A DNA stretch of 62,098 nt, filler included, from Stramenopiles sp. TOSAG23-6 (Eukaryota), in assembly GCA_900128565.1 (NCBI GenBank). It is 22 parts of 22 records of this genome, joined end to end, with 100 filler letters (N's around TTAATTAATTAA, not from the genome) between each part and the next. Parts side by side here need not be neighbours in the genome. Positions count along the whole stretch, not along the records: positions 11,386 to 14,129 come from LT637847.1; positions 14,230 to 16,962 come from LT637848.1; positions 17,063 to 19,793 come from LT637849.1; positions 19,894 to 22,624 come from LT637850.1; positions 22,725 to 25,454 come from LT637851.1; 17 more parts are not named here. One strand, written 5' to 3'. This document shows, piece after piece, positions 12,173 through 23,486 of this stretch (position 1 is its first letter; every line of letters begins with the position of its first letter). Both the position numbers and the translations under genes were made by a program. Under the pieces are notes generated by a model that had not been told where the DNA came from, ran no database searches, and was given only the letters and a program-made list of their open reading frames with translations.

Positions 12173-14129
12173 TCACTCTCGTTTCACAAGAATATCAATT
12201 CGGAGTAAGCTATCTTCAAAATTTGAAGTAGTCGTTACATCGAATATAGAATTAAAACATCTAGACATGTATGGAAGGTATTCAAATGCAAAAAGTCTAC
12301 AGAATAATTCAAATTGAACTTTTGAACTTTCTTTGTATAATTTTTGTTTCGTTTGGGGAAGTGAGCTATATTCTATCAAAGTATTTACTTGAAATTGCAA
12401 CCACTTTTGAAAACATGAAGCCATAGAATCCCTAAGAAAGTATAAAGTACATAATCGCAGTTCATTAAATGAAGATAACATGTCATTGACAAGTTCTGCT
12501 AGAACACGAAATGTTAAAAATGACGTAGGAGCAGATATATCCACTGATACGATATCATTTTTCATATCAACTTGTTTCAAAATTTTAGCCCAAGAAAGTT
12601 TCGATATTCGTCCAAAAGAATAATTTGACAACATCTTTTGAAGAAGTATTGAAGACACATTTTGTTCAAACTTTTCACTGGCAGTCATCCAATGACTATT
12701 CATAAAATCCATAAATCGATTTTCAAACAAAGGGGACAAAATTCCTTGAAAATTCGCACCCGTTTGTGTCAAAGATGTATTTTGGAAAAATATTTCAAAA
12801 AAAATATTTTGAAAATTTGTTAGGTACAAAATTTACTATAAAAAAATAAATTCAAAATTGAAAAAAATAAAACGTACATGTTGCTAAATACATACTTTGT
12901 TCTATGACATTCGAAAATGCACTACCAGATGTAATTTTAGATAGATAATATTCCAACGTTTTCAAAAAAATATTTACCTGATTCGTCACCCAACGTCTTA
13001 GTTGAAAATCAACAAGTGAATCTGAGGTCTCATTATTAGAGTTAGGGTTTGAAATATTTACAAAAATGGCTTTGTATTGTGTAATAATTTCAAACCAATG
13101 CATTCGAAACTTTTCTATAATATCGAGTAAATATTTCGCAACAGCCTCTGAAGCTTTTGTACGACTCAGGTTGTCGACGTCAGGTACCAATACAGTTTGA
13201 ATAACTCCACGTAAATATTCCTCACGACAATTCAAAAATTCAAAGGATAATGATGACTTGACCATATTTTCTCTTTTTGAAGTAAATGTGTTTCGCGAAT
13301 TTTGCACATTGTTTTGTACTTGTCTATTTTTGTTTTCCTTATCTGTAGATATATTGCTATTTCCAATAATAGTAGAATCGTCAGTAGAATTATTCATTGT
13401 CGAACGGTAAAAATACAAATTAGTGAATTCTGAAAAATTGGATTGTGAAGAACTTTCGTTTTTTTCGTGTTTTTCGTTTTCCTCACGTAAAGGTTTCTTT
13501 TCTTGAGTTAAATTATATAAGGAAGTATTCTTATCGCATTGAGATAATTGATCTAAACGCTTTAAATATCCCACAATTTTGAAACACATGGGTAAATCAA
13601 TTTTGTTACACAAATGCCGTAGTAGTTGTTTTCTCATTAACTCTTTCGATGTATGCACTTCACCTACANNNNNNNNNNNNNNNNNNNNNNNNNNNNNNNN
13701 NNNNNNNNNNNNNNNNNNNNNNNNNNNNNNNNNNNNNATTGAATTGTCTTCATAGTTAGATTTCGATAACACAGGTGAAAGCATTTTATGACGTTTCTCA
13801 AGAATGTTGGCAAAAGAGACCAAATCTATTGCTTCTTTATATAAATTATTCCGAACACAAGTGTCCATAAGTTGAGGGACTTCAAGTAACTCAAGTAATT
13901 GAGTATGTTGCTGTAATGTCTTTTGGTTCTCCTCGTGGCTGCGAACTATTGAAACACCTAACTTTAGAAACGTATCTGCCTCGCTATTAATTTGAGGAAG
14001 TTCCGCTAAAATGTTGCCGAGCTTCTGAATACCAGACTGAGAAGCAACCTTTACGTCCTGCAAACAAGTATGATTTTCTATATAAAGTTTGTAATTTTTC
14101 AACAAGTCTAACAAATATACTTGAACCAA
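12173..14129 (-). CDS. COG8: Conserved oligomeric Golgi complex subunit 8 (Dor1), intron 12775-12877; true end may be the TAG near 12058 via a frameshift error
   Basis: LLELLEVPQLMDTCVRN; spliced junction gives QSMYLATSLTQTGANFQGIL, matching the COG8 QCMYFGLSFSRVGADFRG-type motif. Confidence 0.88.
12775..12877 (-). other. Family intron, GT..CAT
   Basis: 103-nt removal restores the COG8 motif without an indel; no AG after the branch motif; ACAT direct repeat. Confidence 0.93.
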
Positions 14130-14288
14130 NNNNNNNNNNNNNNNNNNNNNNNNNNNNNNNNNNNNNNNNNNNNTTAATTAATTAANNNNNNNNNNNNNNN
14201 NNNNNNNNNNNNNNNNNNNNNNNNNNNNNGTTAGGTACAAAATTTCGTACGAAAAATAAATTCGAAATTGAAAAAAAATAAAACGTAC

Positions 14289-15841
14289 ATCAGTCACCAT
14301 TTTAGTATGTAATGGATATTGATAATAAGATTTCTCTCTCTCGCGATTGGCATGCCACAATTTACATTGTGATTCTCCTTCAGTTTTACACAGTAACCAA
14401 ACACCACCCTGACCATCAGTCACCATTTTTGTATGAGATGGGTATTTGTAATACGACCGTTCATGATCACAATCTGCGTGCCACTATAAAGTAAAGGATA
14501 ACGATACAGCATTGACATATAAGTTACTTTTTACTAAAACATGAATAATAATAAATTATTGTTATAAATCATATTGATGACTTACTAGAGTCCATTGGCC
14601 ACCACCAACTGTGTTACAGAGTAACCAAACACCACCCTGACCGTCAGTAACCATTTTTGTTAAAGACGGGTATTTGTAGTACGACTGCTCGTTAGTACGA
14701 TTAGCGTGCCACTGTAAAGTAGAGGATAACGATACAGCATTGACATATAAGTTACTTTTTACTAAATCATGAATAATAATAAATTATTGTTATAAATCAC
14801 ATTGATGACGTACTAGAGTCCATTGGTCGCCTCCAACTGTGTTACACAGCAACCAAACACCACCCTGGCCATCAGTAACCATTTTTGTATTTCTTGGATA
14901 ATTGTAGTATGACTTTTCATTATTCTCGTTGGCGTGCCACTGTGTTGTAAAAAGTATAANAATGTTTGTATAAGATTTGTTAATTGTTTGTCGAAAAATG
15001 AAAACGATGTTATTTTTTTTGTTTAGGTACGAAATTTCGTACGAAAAACGAAAACAAAAAAATTATAATTGTTAACGAAACGTACAAGTGTCCATTGATC
15101 ATTTTCTCTATTAGAATTACAAAGTAACCAAACACCTCCTTCTCCATCAGTTACCATTTTCGTGTGTTGTGGATATTTGTAATGTGAGCTTTCTTTCTCG
15201 CGAGAAGCATGCCAAAGTGTGCACTGCGCGTCACTTCCAGTCTTACATAATAACCAAGCGTGTGGTGGATTCAATCGGCGTCGTTGACGTCTTGCTTGTG
15301 GTTCTTCACTGCGTTGGGGTGTTCTATGAGTCTGTGATAACACTATATTTGATGAAATAAGTCGACTTGGTGGAGTTGATGGGGTACTCGGCCTACTCGA
15401 GGTACTCGGTCTACTCGAGGTACTCGGTCTACTCGAGGTACTCGGTCTACTCGAGGTACTCGCAGCACGCTGAACTCGAGCTTCTTCTAAATGCGTTTGT
15501 ATACAAGATCTACATCGTCTGTTGTTGTGTGGCCTTGCCCATTGGTTACTACTATACCAAGCTCGGGGGAAAATACCACAGCATGATCGACAAGCTCGCA
15601 AATGAGTATTTGTGTTTGAAATTATATTTGGTTGCTGAACTGGTGAGGTACTATTTTCGGTGGTCGCGGTAATGGAACCAAGTTTTCCACCAAGCTTTGC
15701 AAAGTCTCGTTTACAGAGAACGTGCCCACAGGGTAAAGCAAAAACTGGTTTACATTCTTCCAAGCAAACGGGACAATCAGCCTTGACATATACTAATGTT
15801 CCACTTCGCGAACGCTTGCGACATTGCGGACAAGGAAACAT
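14289..15841 (-). CDS. RING-finger protein with Cys-rich segment and tandem WHAN..YP..TKMVTDG.GGVWLLC repeats, 3'-partial
   Basis: CPVCLEE..LPCGHVLC; repeats rejoined across introns 14940-15085, 14712-14813, 14484-14585. Confidence 0.75.
14484..14585 (-). other. Conventional GT-AG intron, not family
   Basis: GTAAGT..TTTATAG; QWTL|WHA in frame. Confidence 0.85.
14712..14813 (-). other. Conventional GT-AG intron, paralogue of 14484-14585
   Basis: GTACGT..TTTACAG; duplicated with the 228-bp repeat unit. Confidence 0.85.
14940..15085 (-). other. Family intron ending in CAG
   Basis: Has TTTCGTACGAAATTTCGTACCTAA core, ends TTTTACAACACAG; QWTL|WHAN. Confidence 0.8.
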
Positions 15842-15895
15842 TGTATATGCTATTGTCTGATAAGTGATAAGTATCAATGAAATAATGAAACGATA

Positions 15896-15968
15896 CAAAT
15901 CTTTTTGACCGCAAAAAAGAAATCTTTTTGACCGCAAAAAAGAAATCTTTTTGACCGCAAAAAAGAAA
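15896..15968. repeat. Three tandem ~23-bp repeats (AAATCTTTTTGACCGCAAAAAAG) between divergent genes
   Basis: Direct inspection. Confidence 0.85.
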
Positions 15969-16132
15969 CGGAAAACGAAAACGAGAATTGAATTGATAAT
16001 TGAATTAATTCGAAAGTTTTTCGTGTTTTCGTTTTTGAAACTTGTTTGATATCTGTTTTGACTAGCGTCCAAACATATTTACTAACGAGAGAGATAATAT
16101 ACCTTGATTTCATTTTTTGTTCAAAAAAAGAG

Positions 16133-16887
16133 ATGAAACCCATGGCAAATTTGTTGCTTTTTTGGACTATTTTTACATTATTTACCACTGTCAGATCAAT
16201 TGATTCGTGTATAAGTAAAATATCAAGCCGCTGGAAGGAAACTTTGGAAAAAACACCCACGAATTTCTGTACGTCAAAACACTTTCCAGATTATTATTCA
16301 AACAACGTTGATACGAAGCGCTTTATTCTTGGAGAAGACAATCAAACTTCAAAAGTTCAACACCGTAAGTTACTTGTTGTTGGAATTGCATCAGCCCGAA
16401 ATCATTTTCAGCAACGTATGGCCTTAAGAAAGGCGTGGAAGACTATAAAGGGAACTCGGTGGGAATCTCTGATTACGTTTCAATTTCTCATTGGTGCACA
16501 AAATAGCTTCTCGGATAAAGATAAAAGTGTTGAAGCAATGCTATTAAAGGAGAGTCAAACTCAAAGTGACATTTTATTTCTTCCTGTGTTTGATACATAC
16601 AAAAATGTAATTTTGAAAACGCTTCATTTTGCTGATAATACACTTTCAAATTTTGACTTTGATTTTTTTTTGAAAATGGATGACGATACTCTCCTTGATA
16701 TCCTCACACTTGCCCAAGAACTTGAGCAGCGTCTCTTAATATCTGTAGGACAAAACATATCGCGGGTATATCGTGGATTAACTTGGACGGGAAAACCAGT
16801 GCGCTCTAAGAAGCATAAGAATAGCCTCTCTTTACGAAGCTATCCCTTGGACGTTTTCATTCCTTACGCACACGGCGCTGCTTACAT
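16133..16887 (+). CDS. GT31 beta-1,3-galactosyltransferase-like, 3'-partial (family intron starts 16888)
   Basis: N-terminal TM, R.ALRKAW, DILFLPVFDTY.N..LKT, FFLKMDDD, YP...PYAHGAAY. Confidence 0.85.
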
Positions 16888-17344
16888 GTATGTTTTATTT
16901 TTTTTTCAATTTTGAATTTATTTTTCGTACGAAATTTTGTACCTAACAAATTTTAGTTTTTTNNNNNNNNNNNNNNNNNNNNNNNNNNNNNNNNNNNNNN
17001 NNNNNNTTAATTAATTAANNNNNNNNNNNNNNNNNNNNNNNNNNNNNNNNNNNNNNNNNNNNTGCTTGGCTGTGGGGTTAGGTACAAAATTATCTACGAA
17101 AAAAAAAAAAAAAACGGACAATTTCGCCGACGCCCAAAAATGCCACTTTCGCCTAAATGGTACGGGCTTATAGGAGCGATAAAAAAAAAAAACAATTTGG
17201 CCTACGAGTTTCACGGATCGGCGACGATCGGACTATTATTCCCTTGATCGGACGACTACGATATATATACGATCATTTATTAGTTGAGTTTTTTTAGGAA
17301 AATCCTTGTTCAGGACGTTCTCATATCCCTCATATAACAAGAAC

Positions 17345-18463
17345 ATGGAGGAAAAACAGGATCTAATAAAAATTAAAGCTGAGTCAGACTCGCTTAAATC
17401 TCGATTTCATGAAAGTGGGTATACATCATTGAATGAACTTAATATGGCTAAGCTTTTAATTCAACTAGGAATGCTCTATTGGGACACTGTTACCTGCTAC
17501 GAACAAGCAGAAAAAGAGGTGGAGTTTGAAGATATGATCACCGAAGTGGATTTACTTCCCCTGTTGTTGTCGTACCTTCAACACAACGCAGTAGATATAA
17601 CCTCTAAGGACGAACTATGGAAGCCTTTGAAGGAATTTGCAGCAATGAAGGAAGTACAGTATTGCAAACTCATAGAGTTATCATGGTTACTATGTGCTCG
17701 AAAATATGTAAAAGATGTCTTTGAGGGTACAAGTGCTAAAACAGATATAGATTTGCTGAATTCACTCACCAATATTGATACTGATTTGATAAAGAGTACG
17801 GCAATTCCCGATAAACGTAGTTNTGTTGATNGCATGAGTACGGCAATTCCAGATAAACGTACTTCGGTTGNTCCCATGGAAATAATTCCTACGTCTAAAT
17901 TTAAAGTACANCTTAATATGTCGGGTACATACCAGCCAATTGAAAGGGAATGTTGGGGTTGCATTGAGGACGTTTTTGGTTTTGNGNTTAGGTGGCCATT
18001 ATCATTATTTTATGATAAGATTTTTAAATGTGATTTTAAAATAACTCATGTTCCTGGTGAATCATTTTTCTGTCAATCACGNATNCCCTNGTGTGATGTA
18101 TCTTTATCAGATGTTCCATCAAAAAAATATGTTATATGTCCACCTTTTATTTTCGAAAATATATCAGTTGAGACAGTTGAATCTTGTGAGCCTACTGAAC
18201 CTTATGGAATTATCAAAGTAATTGCTTGCCTTTTATCAATGAAAGAAGTGGATGAACTCGTGAAACAGGGGTTGATTCCACGTCCAGGTTTGCATCACGT
18301 GATGCAGAGGAACTTGATAATNGGTACACTAGAAAATACAAAAATTTGTTTTCGTTGGCACGCGGATGAACTCGGGCGTGTGCACTTTCAAGCTGAACAT
18401 GTTCGTCCTGATGGGTATCTGAGTGTACAGCGTAAGATGTGTGTAGTGATGAAGAAAGTTTGA
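17345..18463 (+). CDS. Intronless ORF with a degenerate Ty3/gypsy-type RNase H-like segment
   Basis: YQPIERECW and RWPLSL..DFKITHVPG..D.SLS resemble YSxxERE and RWxLxLxxYDFxIxHxPG..AD.LS; many single ambiguous bases suggest collapsed copies. Confidence 0.4.
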   Translation: MEEKQDLIKIKAESDSLKSRFHESGYTSLNELNMAKLLIQLGMLYWDTVTCYEQAEKEVEFEDMITEVDLLPLLLSYLQHNAVDITSKDELWKPLKEFAAMKEVQYCKLIELSWLLCARKYVKDVFEGTSAKTDIDLLNSLTNIDTDLIKSTAIPDKRSXVDXMSTAIPDKRTSVXPMEIIPTSKFKVXLNMSGTYQPIERECWGCIEDVFGFXXRWPLSLFYDKIFKCDFKITHVPGESFFCQSXXPXCDVSLSDVPSKKYVICPPFIFENISVETVESCEPTEPYGIIKVIACLLSMKEVDELVKQGLIPRPGLHHVMQRNLIXGTLENTKICFRWHADELGRVHFQAEHVRPDGYLSVQRKMCVVMKKV

Positions 18464-19016
18464 GAGATTTTTTTTATCACAGATCACCTGAGGAATTATA
18501 GCACATGTGGTAAGATAGCCGCCGGGGAGTTAGTAGACGCAATTATTGACCAATAATTCGAATAGATTTCTTTTTATACTGTTATGATCAAAAAATATAT
18601 GTTTAAATTCTGAAATTTGGATATGAGGATCTTTTTCTCATATAGCTATTTTTAATGTTTTTCAAACTAAAACGTCAAGAACATATCTCAAGAGATTTAA
18701 TGAATTTATTAGTTTTGTTCAAATTATATTAAGAAGTTTGAATAAATCATCCAGTTTTCTTTGATTTATTGAAATTCACGAATTAATGTTTAATTCGTTT
18801 CTTTTTCAAAACGACAGTACCTAATTATGCTCATGTGAATCTGATATCCTTGTTCACTATATTTTTATTTTTTTTTATTATTTTATAAATTCATAAAGGA
18901 CTCTTTCAATCATCATCAAGTGTATTGTCATCGAATAATTCATGTTTTACTGAAGGAGAAGCAATCGGAAGATATAGGCTGTCGACGTAGGATTAGTCAT
19001 TTCTTTAGGGTTAGGG

Positions 19017-19740
19017 TTAAACTTCATGTTTTACTGAAGGAGAAGCAATTGGAAGATACACTGTCGACGTAGGATTAGTCATTTCTGTAATTGGTTTAGT
19101 TTTATCCATGCCTTCAAAGTCATTTTTAGGAGTATTCCGAGACAAATTCCATCGTTTTGGAGTATTTTCAAACTCTACGTCTTTATTCCAAAACGAAAAT
19201 TTCTCTCGAATGAGATCCATTATAAAATTACAGTTATTTTTGTACACACCATAAATCATATGTTGTGAAAAAATATTTGAAATTGTTGTTTTGTTAGGTA
19301 CAAAATTTTCGAAATTCGATTTTGAATACGTAAATTCGAAATTCGATTTTGAATACGTAAATTCGAAATTCGATTTTGAATACGTACATGAATAAAGCGA
19401 AGCCTTGACCCACAAGAACAGTCTGAAGAATCACAGGTAACAAAATTGGTACTCCCCCCTTCATAACTTCACCACAGCCACATTTGCCATCTTGCCCTTC
19501 TATCCCAGGAGTAAGAACATGTGCTGGAATAAATATTTTTTTTGTAAAATTTGTTAGGTACGGAATTTCGTACGAAAAAAATCGAAATTGAAAAAAAATA
19601 AAACATACAGCATCACAACTATTGGCAGGCCATTTTGGATCTGGCTTTGAGCTTGTCTGACTTACTTCCGTTAAGTGAGTTTTCCAATTTGTCAAAAGGC
19701 AAGTGACCCAGTTAACTGCATCTTGTGTATAGTCATCTTC
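19017..19740 (-). CDS. Membrane protein C-terminal part; exons 19740-19609, 19518-19388, 19257-19017
   Basis: In-frame joins SCDA|VLTPG and ALF-M-IYGV; hydrophobic helix. Confidence 0.65.
19258..19387 (-). other. Family intron, GT..TAT, with internal 27-bp triplication
   Basis: GTACGT..(GTATTCAAAATCGAATTTCGAATTTAC)x~3..TACCTAAC..CACAACATAT. Confidence 0.8.
19519..19608 (-). other. Family intron, GT..CAT
   Basis: Upstream exon ends CT; the CAG 5 nt before the end gives frameshift and TAG. Confidence 0.85.
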
Positions 19741-19893
19741 ATGTATTTTGGAAAAATATTTGAAAAAAAAATCGTTAGGTACAAAATTTCGTANNNNNNN
19801 NNNNNNNNNNNNNNNNNNNNNNNNNNNNNNNNNNNNNTTAATTAATTAANNNNNNNNNNNNNNNNNNNNNNNNNNNNNNNNNNNNNNNNNNNN

Positions 19894-22624
19894 CATGTAT
19901 TTTGGAAAAATATTTCAAAATTTTTTTTTTTTAGTTTCAAAAAAAAAAAAAAGTTTGTTAGGTACAAAATTTCGTATGAAAAATAAATTTAAAAAAAAAA
20001 AATAAAACATACATTAATTCGGATAGAAGATTTCGCTGTGTTAGTGCTGAAGGATAAAATATGTCGAACCCGGCACAAAGCGTAGCAATCGCTTCTCGCT
20101 GCATGCATTGTGTAGAATGAATACTTGATGTATCCCATTGACATGTATTTTGTAAAAATATTTCAATTTTTTTTTTTGGTTTGTTTGGTTTTTTGGTTAG
20201 TAAAAAAAAATTCTTTTCGTTTTCTATGAAAATTTACTATGAAAAAAAAAAAAAAATTGAAATAAAAAAAAAATAAAACATACATGCATTGTCAACAAAC
20301 AAATTTGAAGGAGTGTCTATATATTTTCCTTCTATGCTCATTGGAGAAGCAACAAGACGTCGTAATAGCTTATGTAGCGCGGGCAAAATATATTCTGAAT
20401 CTTTATTTTTTTTGATATCTTCAGAAAATGTTGATTTTTTTGCCGCATGCTTTAAATTGACACGCAAAAGTCTCATGCAAGACATGTATTTTGGAAAAAT
20501 ATTTCAAAAAAAAAAAAAAAAAATCTTTTAGTTTAGGAACAAAATTTCGTATGAAAAAAAAAAAAAATTTATAAAAAAAAAAAAAATTTTTAGGTAAAAA
20601 ATTTTTAAAAAAAAAAAAAAAAAATATTTACTAAAAAAAAAAAAAAAAACATACATTCTTCCAAAGGAAAACATCCTACATCGTTCTTAGATGAGACGTT
20701 TTTAGGGTTTTTAGAGTTTTTAGAGTTTTTAGGGGTTTTAGAGTTTCCTATATGTGTCGGTATGTTTTTCTTAGGTTCATTTGTCATTAAATTTTCAGAT
20801 GGAACATTTGATAAATTTGATGAATTTTCATAACATCCAAACTTAGATTCTTTCCAAAGGGAAACGACATGACGTTGAAGTGACCCTAACAATACTTCAT
20901 ACGGAAACGGAAACGATATACTACTTTTGTGCTCATCTCTACTCAATTTCTTCTTTTTAAAAGATTGTTTTTCATCAGATAATTTTTCAGAGTCATATTT
21001 GAAAGAATTGATTCTACGCAAATCTCGAGGCAAATCTAGCAATTTATTTTGAGCAGATAAAACTCTTTCTAGTAATTCTCTGAATAATGCTTTCAATGCA
21101 GTTGGATCAAAATCTGTTGTTTTATCCTTCATATCGCCCATAGTATGATTAAGCAAAGAACAAACTACGTAGTTTTGTGATAATTTATGTAACAAGGCAT
21201 GGAGTAGAGCAGAGTTTGGAGAAGCAGCTCGCATGTATTTTGGAAAAATATTTCAAAATTTTTTTTTTTTAGTTTCAAAAAAAAAAAAAAGTTTGTTAGG
21301 TACAAAATTTCGTATGAAAAATAAATTTAAAAAAAAAAAATAAAACATACATTAATTCGGATAGAAGATTTCGCTGTGTTAGTGCTGAAGGATAAAATAT
21401 GTCGAACCCGGCACAAAGCGTAGCAATCGCTTCTCGCTGCATGCATTGTGTAGAATGAATACTTGATGTATCCCATTGACATGTATTTTGTAAAAATATT
21501 TCAATTTTTTTTTTTGGTTTGTTTGGTTTTTTGGTTAGTAAAAAAAAATTCTTTTCGTTTTCTATGAAAATTTACTATGAAAAAAAAAAAAAAATTGAAA
21601 TAAAAAAAAAATAAAACATACATGCATTGTCAACAAACAAATTTGAAGGAGTGTCTATATATTTTCCTTCTATGCTCATTGGAGAAGCAACAAGACGTCG
21701 TAATAGCTTATGTAGCGCGGGCAAAATATATTCTGAATCTTTATTTTTTTTGATATCTTCAGAAAATGTTGATTTTTTTGCCGCATGCTTTAAATTGACA
21801 CGCAAAAGTCTCATGCAAGACATGTATTTTGGAAAAATATTTCAAAAAAAAAAAAAAAAAATCTTTTAGTTTAGGAACAAAATTTCGTATGAAAAAAAAA
21901 AAAAATTTATAAAAAAAAAAAAAATTTTTAGGTAAAAAATTTTTAAAAAAAAAAAAAAAAAATATTTACTAAAAAAAAAAAAAAAAACATACATTCTTCC
22001 AAAGGAAAACATCCTACATCGTTCTTAGATGAGACGTTTTTAGGGTTTTTAGAGTTTTTAGAGTTTTTAGGGGTTTTAGAGTTTCCTATATGTGTCGGTA
22101 TGTTTTTCTTAGGTTCATTTGTCATTAAATTTTCAGATGGAACATTTGATAAATTTGATGAATTTTCATAACATCCAAACTTAGATTCTTTCCAAAGGGA
22201 AACGACATGACGTTGAAGTGACCCTAACAATACTTCATACGGAAACGGAAACGATATACTACTTTTGTGCTCATCTCTACTCAATTTCTTCTTTTTAAAA
22301 GATTGTTTTTCATCAGATAATTTTTCAGAGTCATATTTGAAAGAATTGATTCTACGCAAATCTCGAGGCAAATCTAGCAATTTATTTTGAGCAGATAAAA
22401 CTCTTTCTAGTAATTCTCTGAATAATGCTTTCAATGCAGTTGGATCAAAATCTGTTGTTTTATCCTTCATATCGCCCATAGTATGATTAAGCAAAGAACA
22501 AACTACGTAGTTTTGTGATAATTTATGTAACAAGGCATGGAGTAGAGCAGAGTTTGGAGAAGCAGCTCGCATGTATTTTGGAAAAATATTTCAAAATTTT
22601 TTTTTTTTAGTTTCAAAAAAAAAA
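19894..22624. repeat. Exact 1338-bp tandem duplication, probable assembly loop through family introns
   Basis: 19894-21231 equals 21232-22569; junction intron 20484-20654 has two branch-like motifs and breaks frame. Confidence 0.85.
20655..21821 (-). CDS. Fragment of a large protein, possibly HERC/HECT-type E3 ligase; exons 21821-21622, 21480-21351, 21232-20655
   Basis: GT..CAT introns 21481-21621 and 21233-21350 join in frame; QREAIATLCAGFDIFYPS..RNLLSEL resembles giant E3 ligases. Confidence 0.4.
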
Positions 22625-22779
22625 NNNNNNNNNNNNNNNNNNNNNNNNNNNNNNNNNNNNNNNNNNNNTTAATTAATTAANNNNNNNNNNNNNNNNNNNN
22701 NNNNNNNNNNNNNNNNNNNNNNNNCGTACGAAATTTTGTACCTAACGAATTTTTTTTCAAATATTTTTCCAAAATACAT

Positions 22780-23151
22780 TTGCACTTGCGTCTATGCAAA
22801 TTCGAAGCTGAGCTAAATGCACTAAAAGCAGGTAAAGTCTATAATCCTGACAAGCAGAAAAAAACTACATCTCAAACAAGTAACAAACGAAAATCCTCTT
22901 CAAACTCTAAACAAAAATTGACTCAAAAGGCACAGAATAAGAAAGTAGTAAAGAGTAAAGTGGCTAAAAAAGCGAGAACAAAGAAAAAAAAAAGAGAACC
23001 AAAAGTTGAAACAGATGCTGAATTAGCTTTACGACTACACAAGGAAGAGCTTGCGTCAGCCGGATGGGAAGACGAAGATGCATTTGAGGATGAGCCAAAG
23101 AGTAAACCAAAACGTCGAAGAAAGTCAAAAGCAGCTACAAAGAAAAAATAA
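22780..23151 (+). CDS. Last exon of a Lys-rich unknown protein
   Basis: Follows partial intron ending AAAATACAT at 22779; open to TAA. Confidence 0.65.
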   Translation: MHLRLCKFEAELNALKAGKVYNPDKQKKTTSQTSNKRKSSSNSKQKLTQKAQNKKVVKSKVAKKARTKKKKREPKVETDAELALRLHKEELASAGWEDEDAFEDEPKSKPKRRRKSKAATKKK

Positions 23152-23486
23152 AAAGGATAAAAAAAATGTCTGTGAACATTGTGTCTCACTTCATTACATT
23201 TACACAGTGCAATTATTTGCAACTTCCTTTATTACATTCATAAAAGCTGAAAAATAAAAATATTATTTTGATGACTTTGAGTATATTTATTTGTTTATTA
23301 CATTCATAAAAGCGGAGAGACATTAAAAACAAAGTCAGGGGTGGGAAGAGTGAGTAGGGAGCGAAGGCANTATAATTATTTCTAGTGTGATTTATGTACT
23401 GATATTACAGTTTTTTGAATTTGTATTCTATTTATATAAAAAGTAATAAGGGAAGAGCAATATACCAAGAACACCAGTCTCTTGCA

